This document shows, piece after piece, positions 7,265 to 16,478 of a DNA stretch of 33,795 bases. Numbering within the stretch: position 1 is the first letter of the stretch; each line of letters begins with the position of its first letter. Position numbers and translations under genes: made by a program. The notes below the pieces were generated by a model. The model did no database searches and was not told the origin of the DNA. It worked only from the letters and a program-made list of their open reading frames with translations. Source of the DNA: Chitinophagaceae bacterium UBA2467 (GTDB taxonomy: Bacteria; Bacteroidota; Bacteroidia; Chitinophagales; Chitinophagaceae); assembly GCA_002342205.1 (NCBI GenBank), contig DDPN01000161.1, positions 5,501-39,295 on the forward strand, written 5' to 3'.

Positions 7265-9019
7265 TTAGTAATCGAGGTCCAGGCGTAGTCTTTCCTTTAA
7301 TTGCTGGACTAAAGGGTAGCGCTTGACCATTTCTTGATATCGTTCTTTGGAGGTGAGAATACCTTCTGTAGGATTTTGTTCCTTTTTTTCCTGCGCGATC
7401 ACGGAAAACTGGAGTGCTTTATTTCGTAATTGCTCCTGTAAGTAAGCGTAAATATGATTTCTTTCAGCCTCGACAAATCGCTGTTCAATGTTGCTGGAAG
7501 TAAGTACTTCAAAACTGTTTTCATCAATGATGCGAAGTGTGGCTGCATCGAAAGGCTGTACGGCAGGATTTTTGGCATCGCGCAAGATTTGTGTGTAGCT
7601 TTTCCAGGCTTGTGTCAATGCCTCTATCTCCAATGGAGTAGATTGAGCTTCGGTATTTTGCAGATTATCCTGTTTAAACTGCGCACGAATTTTGCTTAGC
7701 GCATTCAGTTTTGCGGTAGGTTGTACACGTGCAGGAGGAGCTTTTTCCAAAACAGCTTCATCAATGGTTAATCGGGGTTGACGTGCTGGTTCAGTAACTT
7801 TTGGTTGAGCCATCAATGGAGTTGGCTGTGGTCCGTAGGGAATGATTCGACTATGTCTTAAGCCTGCCGTGACATCAGTCATTTTTTTTTTGACGAGGGC
7901 TTCTCCCTCGGTGCTCAATGTCAAAGCTTGTTGAAGGTAGCAAAGCCGAATCAGTGTCATTTCAATAAAAAGTCGTTTGTTACGTGCGCTTTTGTATTGT
8001 ATTTCAGCTTCCGTCAGCAAATTGAGCATGCTGATAAGTGTAGCGGTAGATAAGCCGGCTGCTGCCGTTTGATAACGGTCTTTAAAACTCTCCACTACAT
8101 CTAATAGTTGCACTGCTTTTTTATCTTGACAAACCAAGAGATTTCTTGTGAACTCAGCCATTCCCCCCAGAAAAAGTTCTCCTTCAAACCCTTTTTGATT
8201 GATCTCATCATATAGTAATAGCGCTCCCGATAAATCTTGCGTTTGAATTTGGGTTAGGAGACGAAAAAAATAATCTTCATCCAGAATATTTAAATGCTCT
8301 AGCGTCTGAGCATATTTTAATTCTCCATTTGTAAAACTTACTATTTTATCGAGCAGACTTAAGGCATCCCGCATGCAGCCTTCACTTTTTTGCGCGATGA
8401 TTTGAAGTGCTGGTTTTTCGGCATTGATTTTTTCTTTTTTACAAATGCTCTCTAGGTGAGCGACTGTATCAGCAGTAGTGATGCGTCGAAAATCAAAAAT
8501 TTGACAACGACTTAAAATCGTGGGTAGAATTTTATGTTTTTCGGTAGTTGCCAAAATAAAAATGGCATAGGAGGGAGGTTCTTCTAATGTTTTCAAAAAA
8601 GCATTGAAGGCTGCCGTAGATAACATGTGAACCTCGTCTATCACATACACTTTATAGCGCCCACCCTGCGGTGCAAATCGAACCTGTTCTGTCAATGTAC
8701 GAATGTCATCGACTGAATTATTGGAAGCGGCATCTAACTCAAAGTAATTGATGGATCCACCTTCACGAAAGGAAGTGCAGCTTTCACATTTGTCACATGC
8801 TTCTCCTTCTTTGGTTGGCTTACTGCAATTGATTGTTTTTGCCAAAATACGCGCACAGGTTGTTTTCCCAACACCACGGGGTCCACAAAAAAGAAAGGCG
8901 TGAGCCAGTTGCTGGTTGCGAATGGCATTTTTTAATGTTGTGGTAATATGTTCTTGTCCAACAACAGTATCAAAGTGCTGCGGTCTGTATTTACGGGCAG
9001 AAACGACGAACCGATCCAT
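7265..9019 (-). CDS. dnaX: DNA polymerase III subunit tau/gamma
   Basis: ARKYRP, Walker A GPRGVGKT, Zn module C...CDKCESC, IDEVHML, FNAFLKTLEEP, SRC motif. Confidence 0.97.
   Translation of the reverse strand: MDRFVVSARKYRPQHFDTVVGQEHITTTLKNAIRNQQLAHAFLFCGPRGVGKTTCARILAKTINCSKPTKEGEACDKCESCTSFREGGSINYFELDAASNNSVDDIRTLTEQVRFAPQGGRYKVYVIDEVHMLSTAAFNAFLKTLEEPPSYAIFILATTEKHKILPTILSRCQIFDFRRITTADTVAHLESICKKEKINAEKPALQIIAQKSEGCMRDALSLLDKIVSFTNGELKYAQTLEHLNILDEDYFFRLLTQIQTQDLSGALLLYDEINQKGFEGELFLGGMAEFTRNLLVCQDKKAVQLLDVVESFKDRYQTAAAGLSTATLISMLNLLTEAEIQYKSARNKRLFIEMTLIRLCYLQQALTLSTEGEALVKKKMTDVTAGLRHSRIIPYGPQPTPLMAQPKVTEPARQPRLTIDEAVLEKAPPARVQPTAKLNALSKIRAQFKQDNLQNTEAQSTPLEIEALTQAWKSYTQILRDAKNPAVQPFDAATLRIIDENSFEVLTSSNIEQRFVEAERNHIYAYLQEQLRNKALQFSVIAQEKKEQNPTEGILTSKERYQEMVKRYPLVQQLKERLRLDLDY
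7875..7910 (-). other. Putative recoding cassette in dnaX (hairpin/SD-like + A10 + UGA C UGA)
   Basis: mRNA reads CGAGGG-AGAAG-CCCUCG-UC-A10-UGA-C-UGA at codons ~371-382. Confidence 0.7.
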
Positions 9020-9058
9020 GGTTGCAAGATAAGAAACCCTACACTCAAAATAGTAGGC

Positions 9059-10222
9059 TTATAAAATGGGGTGTCGCTCAAAAGGAAGACTACGGTCAAA
9101 CTGATAGCGCCAGGTGATTAGGCGACGTGTTAGATAGGTATCGCCCAGCCCCTCTGCCACATTGATCATTTTCGGGTTAAAATCTCCTATCCATTGCAGT
9201 TCGTAGTAATTGTATTTGTGTAGCGCTTGCACCACAAATTTTGCTTCATTGATCATAAAAGCATCTACTCCTTTCCCTTGATGCTCTGGAACAATGCCAA
9301 ATATGATTCCGGTAAATCGTGGGTTTGGCTTTGTCCATTTGACCCATAGAAATTTCAATTTGTGGTACAAATCAAATTTTCCATTCAGGTACTTAAACCA
9401 TTGATTGAGATCGGGAATATTCAAAAAAATTGCAATGGGTTCTTCATTGTAATAAGTGAACCAGACTATTTTTTCGTCCATCACTGGTTTCATTTTTCGA
9501 AACATCGCAATGGCCAATTCTTTGCTAATCTCTTTAAGGCCCCCATGTCCAGCCCAAGCTTTGTTGTAGACGATAGAGAAGTCAACGGCAAACTTGTCTA
9601 AGTCTTTTTTGGTCGCATGTACGGCTTTGTAATGGGGATCTTTTTTTAATTCTGCGTGACGGTCCAATAGTTTTTTATTGATTTCTCGGGTGGGGTCGAG
9701 GCCGTAACAAACCTGGTTAAAAAAAACTTCAAACCCGTACTGTTCAAAAAGCGTCCGGTAATAAGGTTTGCTATAACTCATGCAATAGAGTGGGGGTTGA
9801 AAACCCTCCACTATCAGTCCCCACCATCGATCCCGTTCCCCAAAATTGATGGGTCCGTCCATAGCCCCCATCCCTTTTTGTGACAACCATTCTTTGGCGG
9901 TATCAAACAATAAATTGGCCGCCTGTTGGTCATTGATACAGTCAAAAAAACCAACTCCACCCACCGGAAAACGGTCCCCTTTTGTTCTATACTTTTTATT
10001 TACAAAAGCTGCAATGCGTCCAATTAGCTTCCCTTGCTCATCTTTTAGCACCCAGCGAATGGCTTCTCCAAAGCGAAAGGCTTTATTTTTCTGGGGGTCA
10101 AAAACCTCTTCTACATCCTTATCCAAGGGACGAATATAGTTGGGCTCTCCTTTGAAAAGTTCCACATTTACACGCAGAAAATCTCGTTGCCCTTTCCGAT
10201 CTTTTACCTCCACAATTTGCAT
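9059..10222 (-). CDS. YghO-like double-GNAT acyltransferase; candidate bacterial ceramide synthase
   Basis: GRIAAF, GFFDCINDQ.AANLLFD.A..WL, MDGPINF, GLIVEGF.PP and acyl-CoA-binding GIVPEHQGKGV; 387 aa. The fold call is firmer than the function. Confidence 0.6.
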   Translation of the reverse strand: MQIVEVKDRKGQRDFLRVNVELFKGEPNYIRPLDKDVEEVFDPQKNKAFRFGEAIRWVLKDEQGKLIGRIAAFVNKKYRTKGDRFPVGGVGFFDCINDQQAANLLFDTAKEWLSQKGMGAMDGPINFGERDRWWGLIVEGFQPPLYCMSYSKPYYRTLFEQYGFEVFFNQVCYGLDPTREINKKLLDRHAELKKDPHYKAVHATKKDLDKFAVDFSIVYNKAWAGHGGLKEISKELAIAMFRKMKPVMDEKIVWFTYYNEEPIAIFLNIPDLNQWFKYLNGKFDLYHKLKFLWVKWTKPNPRFTGIIFGIVPEHQGKGVDAFMINEAKFVVQALHKYNYYELQWIGDFNPKMINVAEGLGDTYLTRRLITWRYQFDRSLPFERHPIL

Positions 10223-10226
10223 GGGG

Positions 10227-10234
10227 CAAATGTA
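10227..10234 (-). promoter_or_regulatory. -7 element TACATTTG for the GNAT gene
   Basis: Exact TAnnTTTG, 4 nt before ATG 10222. Confidence 0.65.
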
Positions 10235-10313
10235 GGAAAGCCAGACTTCCTATCACGTTTTCCACCTTCTGCAAACAGTCAATTTTTCTTTTCATTTTTT
10301 GCCCTACCGCCCC

Positions 10314-10321
10314 TACCTTTG
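10314..10321 (+). promoter_or_regulatory. -7 element TACCTTTG for atpDC
   Basis: Exact TAnnTTTG about 50 nt upstream of the atpD ATG, followed by an A-rich leader with no SD, as is typical of Bacteroidota. Confidence 0.7.
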
Positions 10322-10366
10322 CGGCCTGAAAAAGCAGGTCGGTCTAGACCTGTTCAAAAACCTTAA

Positions 10367-11869
<1,503 letters not shown>

Positions 11870-11878
11870 AATGTGATC

Positions 11879-12133
11879 ATGATTATTGAGATTCTTACTC
11901 CAGAAAAGAAGTTGTTCAGCGGTGATGCCTATGGTGTGCAAATGCCGGGCTTAACTGGTTCTTTTGAGGTTTTAGAAAAGCACGCTCCCTTGATTAGTGC
12001 ACTAAAGCAAGGAACCATTAAAGTATTGCGTGATAAACAAAACGAATTGGCCCGTTTTTCTATTCAAGGTGGTTTTGTTGAGGTTCTGAATAACCGTGTA
12101 ACTGTGTTGGTCGAAGGTGGAACAGCGGCTTGA
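11879..12133 (+). CDS. atpC: F0F1 ATP synthase subunit epsilon (N-terminal beta-sandwich only, 84 aa)
   Basis: IEILTPEK, MPG..GSFEVL..HAPLISAL..G, GGFVEV..N.VTVL. ATG 11879 preferred over GTG 11873. Confidence 0.95.
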   Translation: MIIEILTPEKKLFSGDAYGVQMPGLTGSFEVLEKHAPLISALKQGTIKVLRDKQNELARFSIQGGFVEVLNNRVTVLVEGGTAA

Positions 12134-12152
12134 GTAGTTAAAATTGATTTGT

Positions 12153-12185
12153 AAATCCCCTGAAGTAACGCAGGGGATTTTTTTT
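12153..12185 (+). terminator. Intrinsic terminator of atpDC
   Basis: AAATCCCCTG-aagtaacg-CAGGGGATTT perfect 10-bp stem running into a T8 tract. Confidence 0.9.
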
Positions 12186-12255
12186 GCGTTAAAAATATGT
12201 GAATGCAAGCCTCTCTTTTTTTACGCTTTCCCGACAGGTTGTATTTTTATCTACT

Positions 12256-13593
12256 GTGAAAAGAGTTTTTGCGCCCATAACTGTATTGATCTGTCTTTCC
12301 TTGATCGGCATCATTTTTATACAGGTGTCCTGGATCAGAAATATGGTACAGTTGCGCGAAGAGCAGATTAAGCATCGATTGGGGGAGGTCACTAAAGTAG
12401 TTACAGATGAATTGATGGAACAGTCTGGTGCCTATTTGCCACAAGGATATCAACGTAGAAAGTTATTAGAAGGATTTGGATGGGATCTTTTTACAACTCC
12501 TACAGTGGCTAGTCGGCACAGTGCTGAAGATCTCCGTAAGCGCATTGCAAAAGCCTTTAAAGAGAATGACCTTAATACCATTCCTTTTGAATTTGGACTC
12601 TATACGTTTGATCGATTTAGCGGGAATACACTTCAGAAATCTTCTTCGCGCTTTTTGCAAGCGCAGCAAGACACAGCCCATAATTTTTATGCTGGCAGAG
12701 CCATTACAGCACCCAACGCTACAGGGATAGGCGCAATTGGTGTGAGCGAAGCATTGTTTATTGTAGTGCCCGATGTAAAAACTGTCGTGTTACGTTCATT
12801 GCGTTGGAATATTGCTGTGTCTATCCTATTTACCTTATTGATTCTTTCTGCGTTTTATCTCACCATACGAACCATGTTACAGCAAAAGAAAATTGGTGAG
12901 ATGAAAAATGACTTTATCAATAATATGACGCATGAATTTAAAACGCCTCTTGCTACGATATCTCTGGCTGTTGATGCAATGCGTAACGATAAAGTCATAC
13001 AAGACCGAGAGAAGCTGGGGTACTTTAGTTCAATTATCAAAGAGGAAAACCAGCGCATGAATCGACAAGTGGAGACGATTCTTAAGGCTTCACAATTTGA
13101 GCGTAAAGATGTTGATCTTAATTTGAAGGCAGTTTCGTTGCATGAGACGGTGCAACAAGTGGTTGATAATTTCAAATTGCAATTAGAACATGTTGGAGGA
13201 CATATTACATTGTTTCTTCGTGCCAGTGAACATACGGTGTTGGCAGATTCGGTGCATTTATCTAATCTGCTAAATAACTTGGTTGATAATGCTGTTAAAT
13301 ATGCTCGCGAAAACGTACCACCACAAATTCAAATTGAAACGATTGGTTCGGATGCCTCTATCGTATTGCGCGTGGAGGATAATGGAATGGGGATGTCCAG
13401 GGATACACTAAAACGAATTTTTGATAAATTTTATAGGGCACATACCGGTAATCAGCATAATGTGAAGGGATTTGGACTTGGATTAAGTTATGTGAAAAAT
13501 GTTACCGAAGCGTTGGGTGGTAAAATCAAAGCAGACAGTACCCTTGGTCAGGGAAGTGTCTTTACACTGGAATTGCCCTTACACCGAAATTGA
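12256..13593 (+). CDS. Membrane sensor histidine kinase (HisKA + HATPase_c; RprX-like)
   Basis: Two hydrophobic helices, H-box NNMTHEFKTP, N-box NLVDNAVKY, G1 DNGMG, FDKFYR, G2 GFGLGL. In-frame GTG at 12256 (MKRVFAPI...) is the likely start. Confidence 0.9.
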   Translation: MKRVFAPITVLICLSLIGIIFIQVSWIRNMVQLREEQIKHRLGEVTKVVTDELMEQSGAYLPQGYQRRKLLEGFGWDLFTTPTVASRHSAEDLRKRIAKAFKENDLNTIPFEFGLYTFDRFSGNTLQKSSSRFLQAQQDTAHNFYAGRAITAPNATGIGAIGVSEALFIVVPDVKTVVLRSLRWNIAVSILFTLLILSAFYLTIRTMLQQKKIGEMKNDFINNMTHEFKTPLATISLAVDAMRNDKVIQDREKLGYFSSIIKEENQRMNRQVETILKASQFERKDVDLNLKAVSLHETVQQVVDNFKLQLEHVGGHITLFLRASEHTVLADSVHLSNLLNNLVDNAVKYARENVPPQIQIETIGSDASIVLRVEDNGMGMSRDTLKRIFDKFYRAHTGNQHNVKGFGLGLSYVKNVTEALGGKIKADSTLGQGSVFTLELPLHRN

Positions 13594-13599
13594 TTGAAA

Positions 13600-14820
13600 T
13601 CATTTTTGTCTCCACAACAGACTGCTGTCTCCATAGCTCAAAAATCGATAATCGTTATCAAGCGCATGTTGATAGACTTTTTTCCAGTCCTCTCCAATAA
13701 AAGCCGCAATTAGCAATAGCAAGGTAGATCGGGGCTGGTGAAAATTAGTTACCAAAGCATCAACAGTTTTGATCGTATACCCTGGCGCAATCAAAAGGGC
13801 AGTTTGCGTAACCAGTTTATCTAATTTTTTCTTTTGCAAAAATTGAATTAAGGCGTCAAGCGATTGCGCAATAGAGAGACCAGCTTTTTCCAATTCATAA
13901 CATTCCCATTGGGAGAGCATAGGAATTTTATCTGCTGGCTCTAGTGCTACTTTCACGCCCAGCCAATACAACGACTCTAGTGTGCGTAATGAAGTAGTGC
14001 CTACAGCAATGAGTGGACTGTCTATTTGATTACGCCACTTTTCTAAAAATGCTAGATCAACATCAATCCACTCCTGGTGCATTTCATGCCCTTGCATTTG
14101 TGCAGCTTTTACGGGTTTAAATGTTCCTGCTCCAACATGAAGTGTGATGGATTCTAGTCTGATTTTATTTTCTTGTAACTCTTCCAGTGTTTTTGGAGTG
14201 AAATGTAAGCCTGCGGTTGGAGCCGCAACGGATCCTTCTTGATTCGCATACACAGTTTGATACCGTGTAGAGTCCGATTGATTCGCTTTTCTTTTGAGAT
14301 AAGGTGGAAGAGGAGTTTGTCCAAAAGTTTCCAGTACAGAGGAAAAGGGAAGATTTGCTGGCGACCAATGAAACTGAAGTATAAATGCATCTGCAGTCTT
14401 CTCAATCATTTCTACACTAAGCTCAATAGTGTCTTTTTTTTGAGTTAGTGAACTTCCTCTTTTCCATTTAGATGCTCCACCCACCAAACACTGAAGTTGT
14501 AAGGGGCTTTGATTACTTAGTGCTCTATTCATATCCTGCTCACTGTTTGCAGGCTCTAAGCAAAATACTTCGATTTGTCCTCCAGTCGATTTTTCAAAGA
14601 CCAATCGTGCAGGCACCACTTTTGTTTGGTTAAATACCAAGCAGGTGCCACTCTGGAGTTGGCTGGGAAGGGTAGAAAAAATGGTATCTGTAATAACGCC
14701 CTCTTTGTAGATCAAAAGTTTTGAAGCATCTCTTTGTGAGAGGGGATGAAGGGCTATTTTTTCAGCAGGTAATTCATAGTCAAAGTCAATTACCTCCAAT
14801 AGACGTGGATCAGTTTGCAT
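13600..14820 (-). CDS. queA: S-adenosylmethionine:tRNA ribosyltransferase-isomerase
   Basis: FDYELP..KIA..P...RD.SKLL, PLPPY, RYQTVYA..EGSVAAPTAGLHFT, TLHVGAGTF, TNFHQP.STL, YRFLSYGDS. Start reassigned to ATG 14820. Confidence 0.95.
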   Translation of the reverse strand: MQTDPRLLEVIDFDYELPAEKIALHPLSQRDASKLLIYKEGVITDTIFSTLPSQLQSGTCLVFNQTKVVPARLVFEKSTGGQIEVFCLEPANSEQDMNRALSNQSPLQLQCLVGGASKWKRGSSLTQKKDTIELSVEMIEKTADAFILQFHWSPANLPFSSVLETFGQTPLPPYLKRKANQSDSTRYQTVYANQEGSVAAPTAGLHFTPKTLEELQENKIRLESITLHVGAGTFKPVKAAQMQGHEMHQEWIDVDLAFLEKWRNQIDSPLIAVGTTSLRTLESLYWLGVKVALEPADKIPMLSQWECYELEKAGLSIAQSLDALIQFLQKKKLDKLVTQTALLIAPGYTIKTVDALVTNFHQPRSTLLLLIAAFIGEDWKKVYQHALDNDYRFLSYGDSSLLWRQK

Positions 14821-14872
14821 ACAACCAACTGTTGTTTGGGCAAAGGTCCCAAAAAATGCTTGTTTTTTTGGT

Positions 14873-14993
14873 GTTTTCACAGCTTATCCACCGTTATCCA
14901 CAGCCTATTCACATCAAAAAATGGGATAACCGTTTCCCACCTGTTGAAAGCCTTGCTGGTAAAGGGTTTCAACTGATTTTTAATTGGGGATAA
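14873..14993. promoter_or_regulatory. Cluster of DnaA-box-like 9-mers upstream of mraZ
   Basis: GTTTTCACA 14873, TTATCCACC 14884, TTATCCACA 14894 (perfect), CTATTCACA 14905, and reverse-strand TTATCCCCA at 14985-14993. Confidence 0.65.
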
Positions 14994-15020
14994 ATATAGA
15001 GTTTCAAAATTTGGATTCTA

Positions 15021-15060
15021 GGTGGGAAAAAGTGTTATTTTGTGTCAATAAGAGGAAAAA
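15021..15060 (+). promoter_or_regulatory. Putative MraZ operator (10-bp-period GTG(G/T) repeats)
   Basis: GTGG 15022, GTGT 15032, GTGT 15042, GAGG 15052, with A/T-rich spacers, immediately upstream of mraZ. Confidence 0.7.
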
Positions 15061-15078
15061 CTCTTCAAATCACTGATA

Positions 15079-15537
15079 ATGACAGGCTTTCTTGGAGAAT
15101 TTGAGGCAACACTGGACGCGAAGGGGCGTTTCTTGTTACCTGCCGGATTTAAAAGGCAGGTGGCGGGGGACGAGCTACATCGCTTTGTCATCAATCGTGG
15201 TTTTGAGAAATGTCTAGCGCTTTATACGCTTCGTGAATGGGAGCCCTTATTTGAAAAAATCAAAGGGTTGAATGAGTTTGATCCAAAGCAGCGCGAGTTC
15301 AGAAGAGCTTTTCTCAATGGGGCAACATTTGTAGAGCCCGACACTGCTGGTCGCATTTTGCTGCCACCCAATTTGAAAGCCTATGCAGAATTGGGTAAGG
15401 ACATCATCATTGCATCATCAGGTAATAAAATGGAAATCTGGGATAGTAATAAGTACAAAAAGATCTTTGACTCTTTTTCTTCGGATGCTTTCAGTGAGCT
15501 GGGAAGAGACGTCATGGGAGGTGGAACAATGAATTGA
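15079..15537 (+). CDS. mraZ: Transcriptional regulator MraZ
   Basis: Two SpoVT/AbrB-like repeats with DAKGR and DTAGR motifs; head of the dcw cluster. Confidence 0.96.
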   Translation: MTGFLGEFEATLDAKGRFLLPAGFKRQVAGDELHRFVINRGFEKCLALYTLREWEPLFEKIKGLNEFDPKQREFRRAFLNGATFVEPDTAGRILLPPNLKAYAELGKDIIIASSGNKMEIWDSNKYKKIFDSFSSDAFSELGRDVMGGGTMN

Positions 15538-15546
15538 TTTAACACG

Positions 15547-16458
15547 GTGCAGTCAACGTATCACATACCTGTTCTGCTCCGTGAAGTCATTGATTCATTA
15601 CAAATCCGTCCGGATGGCGTTTATGTGGATTGCACATTTGGAGGTGGCGGACATGCGCGTGCTATTTTGGAGCAGTTGGGGCCAAAAGGAAAGTTGATTG
15701 CGTTTGACCAGGATGCAGATGCGCAACAAAATCTCCCAAAGGATGAGCGGTTGCTTTTTGTTCCTCAAAATTTTCGTCATCTGCAACGCTTTCTGCGATT
15801 ACACAAAGTGAGTGGGGTAGATGGACTCTTAGCTGATTTAGGAGTAAGTAGTCACCAGTTTGATGAAGCGGCGCGTGGGTTCTCCACACGTTTTGATGCG
15901 GCACTGGATATGCGAATGGATCAGCGCGAGTCTAAAACTGCGTGGCAGGTAGTTGAAACGTATTCAGAATCCGCTTTGCACAAAATTTTTGAGCAGTATG
16001 GCGAGGTGACCAATGCCAAAACACTTGCAAAAGTTATTGTTCAAGCGCGGAAGTCGCAGTCATTACGCACCATTGAGGGCTTTAAGCAAGCTGTTCATGC
16101 TGCTGTAAAGGGAAATCCGAATAAATACTTTGCCCAGGTATTTCAAGCACTTCGTATCGAAGTAAATGATGAGGTAGGTTCACTACGTGAGTTGTTACAA
16201 CAATTATCTGCAGTGATGAATCCCAGAGGCCGCGTTGCTATCATCACTTTTCATTCATTAGAAGATCGACTGGTCAAACATTTTTTCCGTGCAGGTACGC
16301 TCGAAGAAAAAGAAGAAAATCCTTTTTGGTCAGCACCGGTAAAGAAGGATTGGCAATTGATTAATAAAAAACCAATTGTTGCTGGCAAAGAAGAGCAAGA
16401 AAAAAATTCACGTTCTCGCAGTGCCAAATTACGCGTTGCGGAAAAGTGTCAACCATAA
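15547..16458 (+). CDS. rsmH: 16S rRNA m4C1402 methyltransferase RsmH (MraW)
   Basis: HIPVLL, DCTFGGGGH, DLGVSSHQFD, LDMRMD, FQALRIEVN, TFHSLEDR, RSAKLR; GTG start. Confidence 0.97.
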   Translation: MQSTYHIPVLLREVIDSLQIRPDGVYVDCTFGGGGHARAILEQLGPKGKLIAFDQDADAQQNLPKDERLLFVPQNFRHLQRFLRLHKVSGVDGLLADLGVSSHQFDEAARGFSTRFDAALDMRMDQRESKTAWQVVETYSESALHKIFEQYGEVTNAKTLAKVIVQARKSQSLRTIEGFKQAVHAAVKGNPNKYFAQVFQALRIEVNDEVGSLRELLQQLSAVMNPRGRVAIITFHSLEDRLVKHFFRAGTLEEKEENPFWSAPVKKDWQLINKKPIVAGKEEQEKNSRSRSAKLRVAEKCQP

Positions 16459-16478
16459 TTGAAATTATATCAACCAGG

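Noticed and set aside
10335-10352. CAGGTC/GACCTG hairpin (with GGTCTAGACC palindrome) in the atpD leader as a riboswitch or attenuator
   Set aside because: The leader is only about 45 nt, with a 6-bp stem, no U tract and no aptamer features. At most a 5' stabilising hairpin.
12144-12392. Small ORFs over the atpC-kinase junction
   Set aside because: They span the terminator and the kinase 5' end and show no coding signature.
14873-14913. Short tandem repeats as a possible CRISPR or iteron array
   Set aside because: Units are 9-11 bp with no unique spacers, and no cas or rep gene is present. Better explained as protein-binding boxes.
14721-14993. 90-aa plus-strand ORF, and the queA extension to 14880
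   Set aside because: They run across the queA 5' end and the regulatory repeats with no recognisable protein features.
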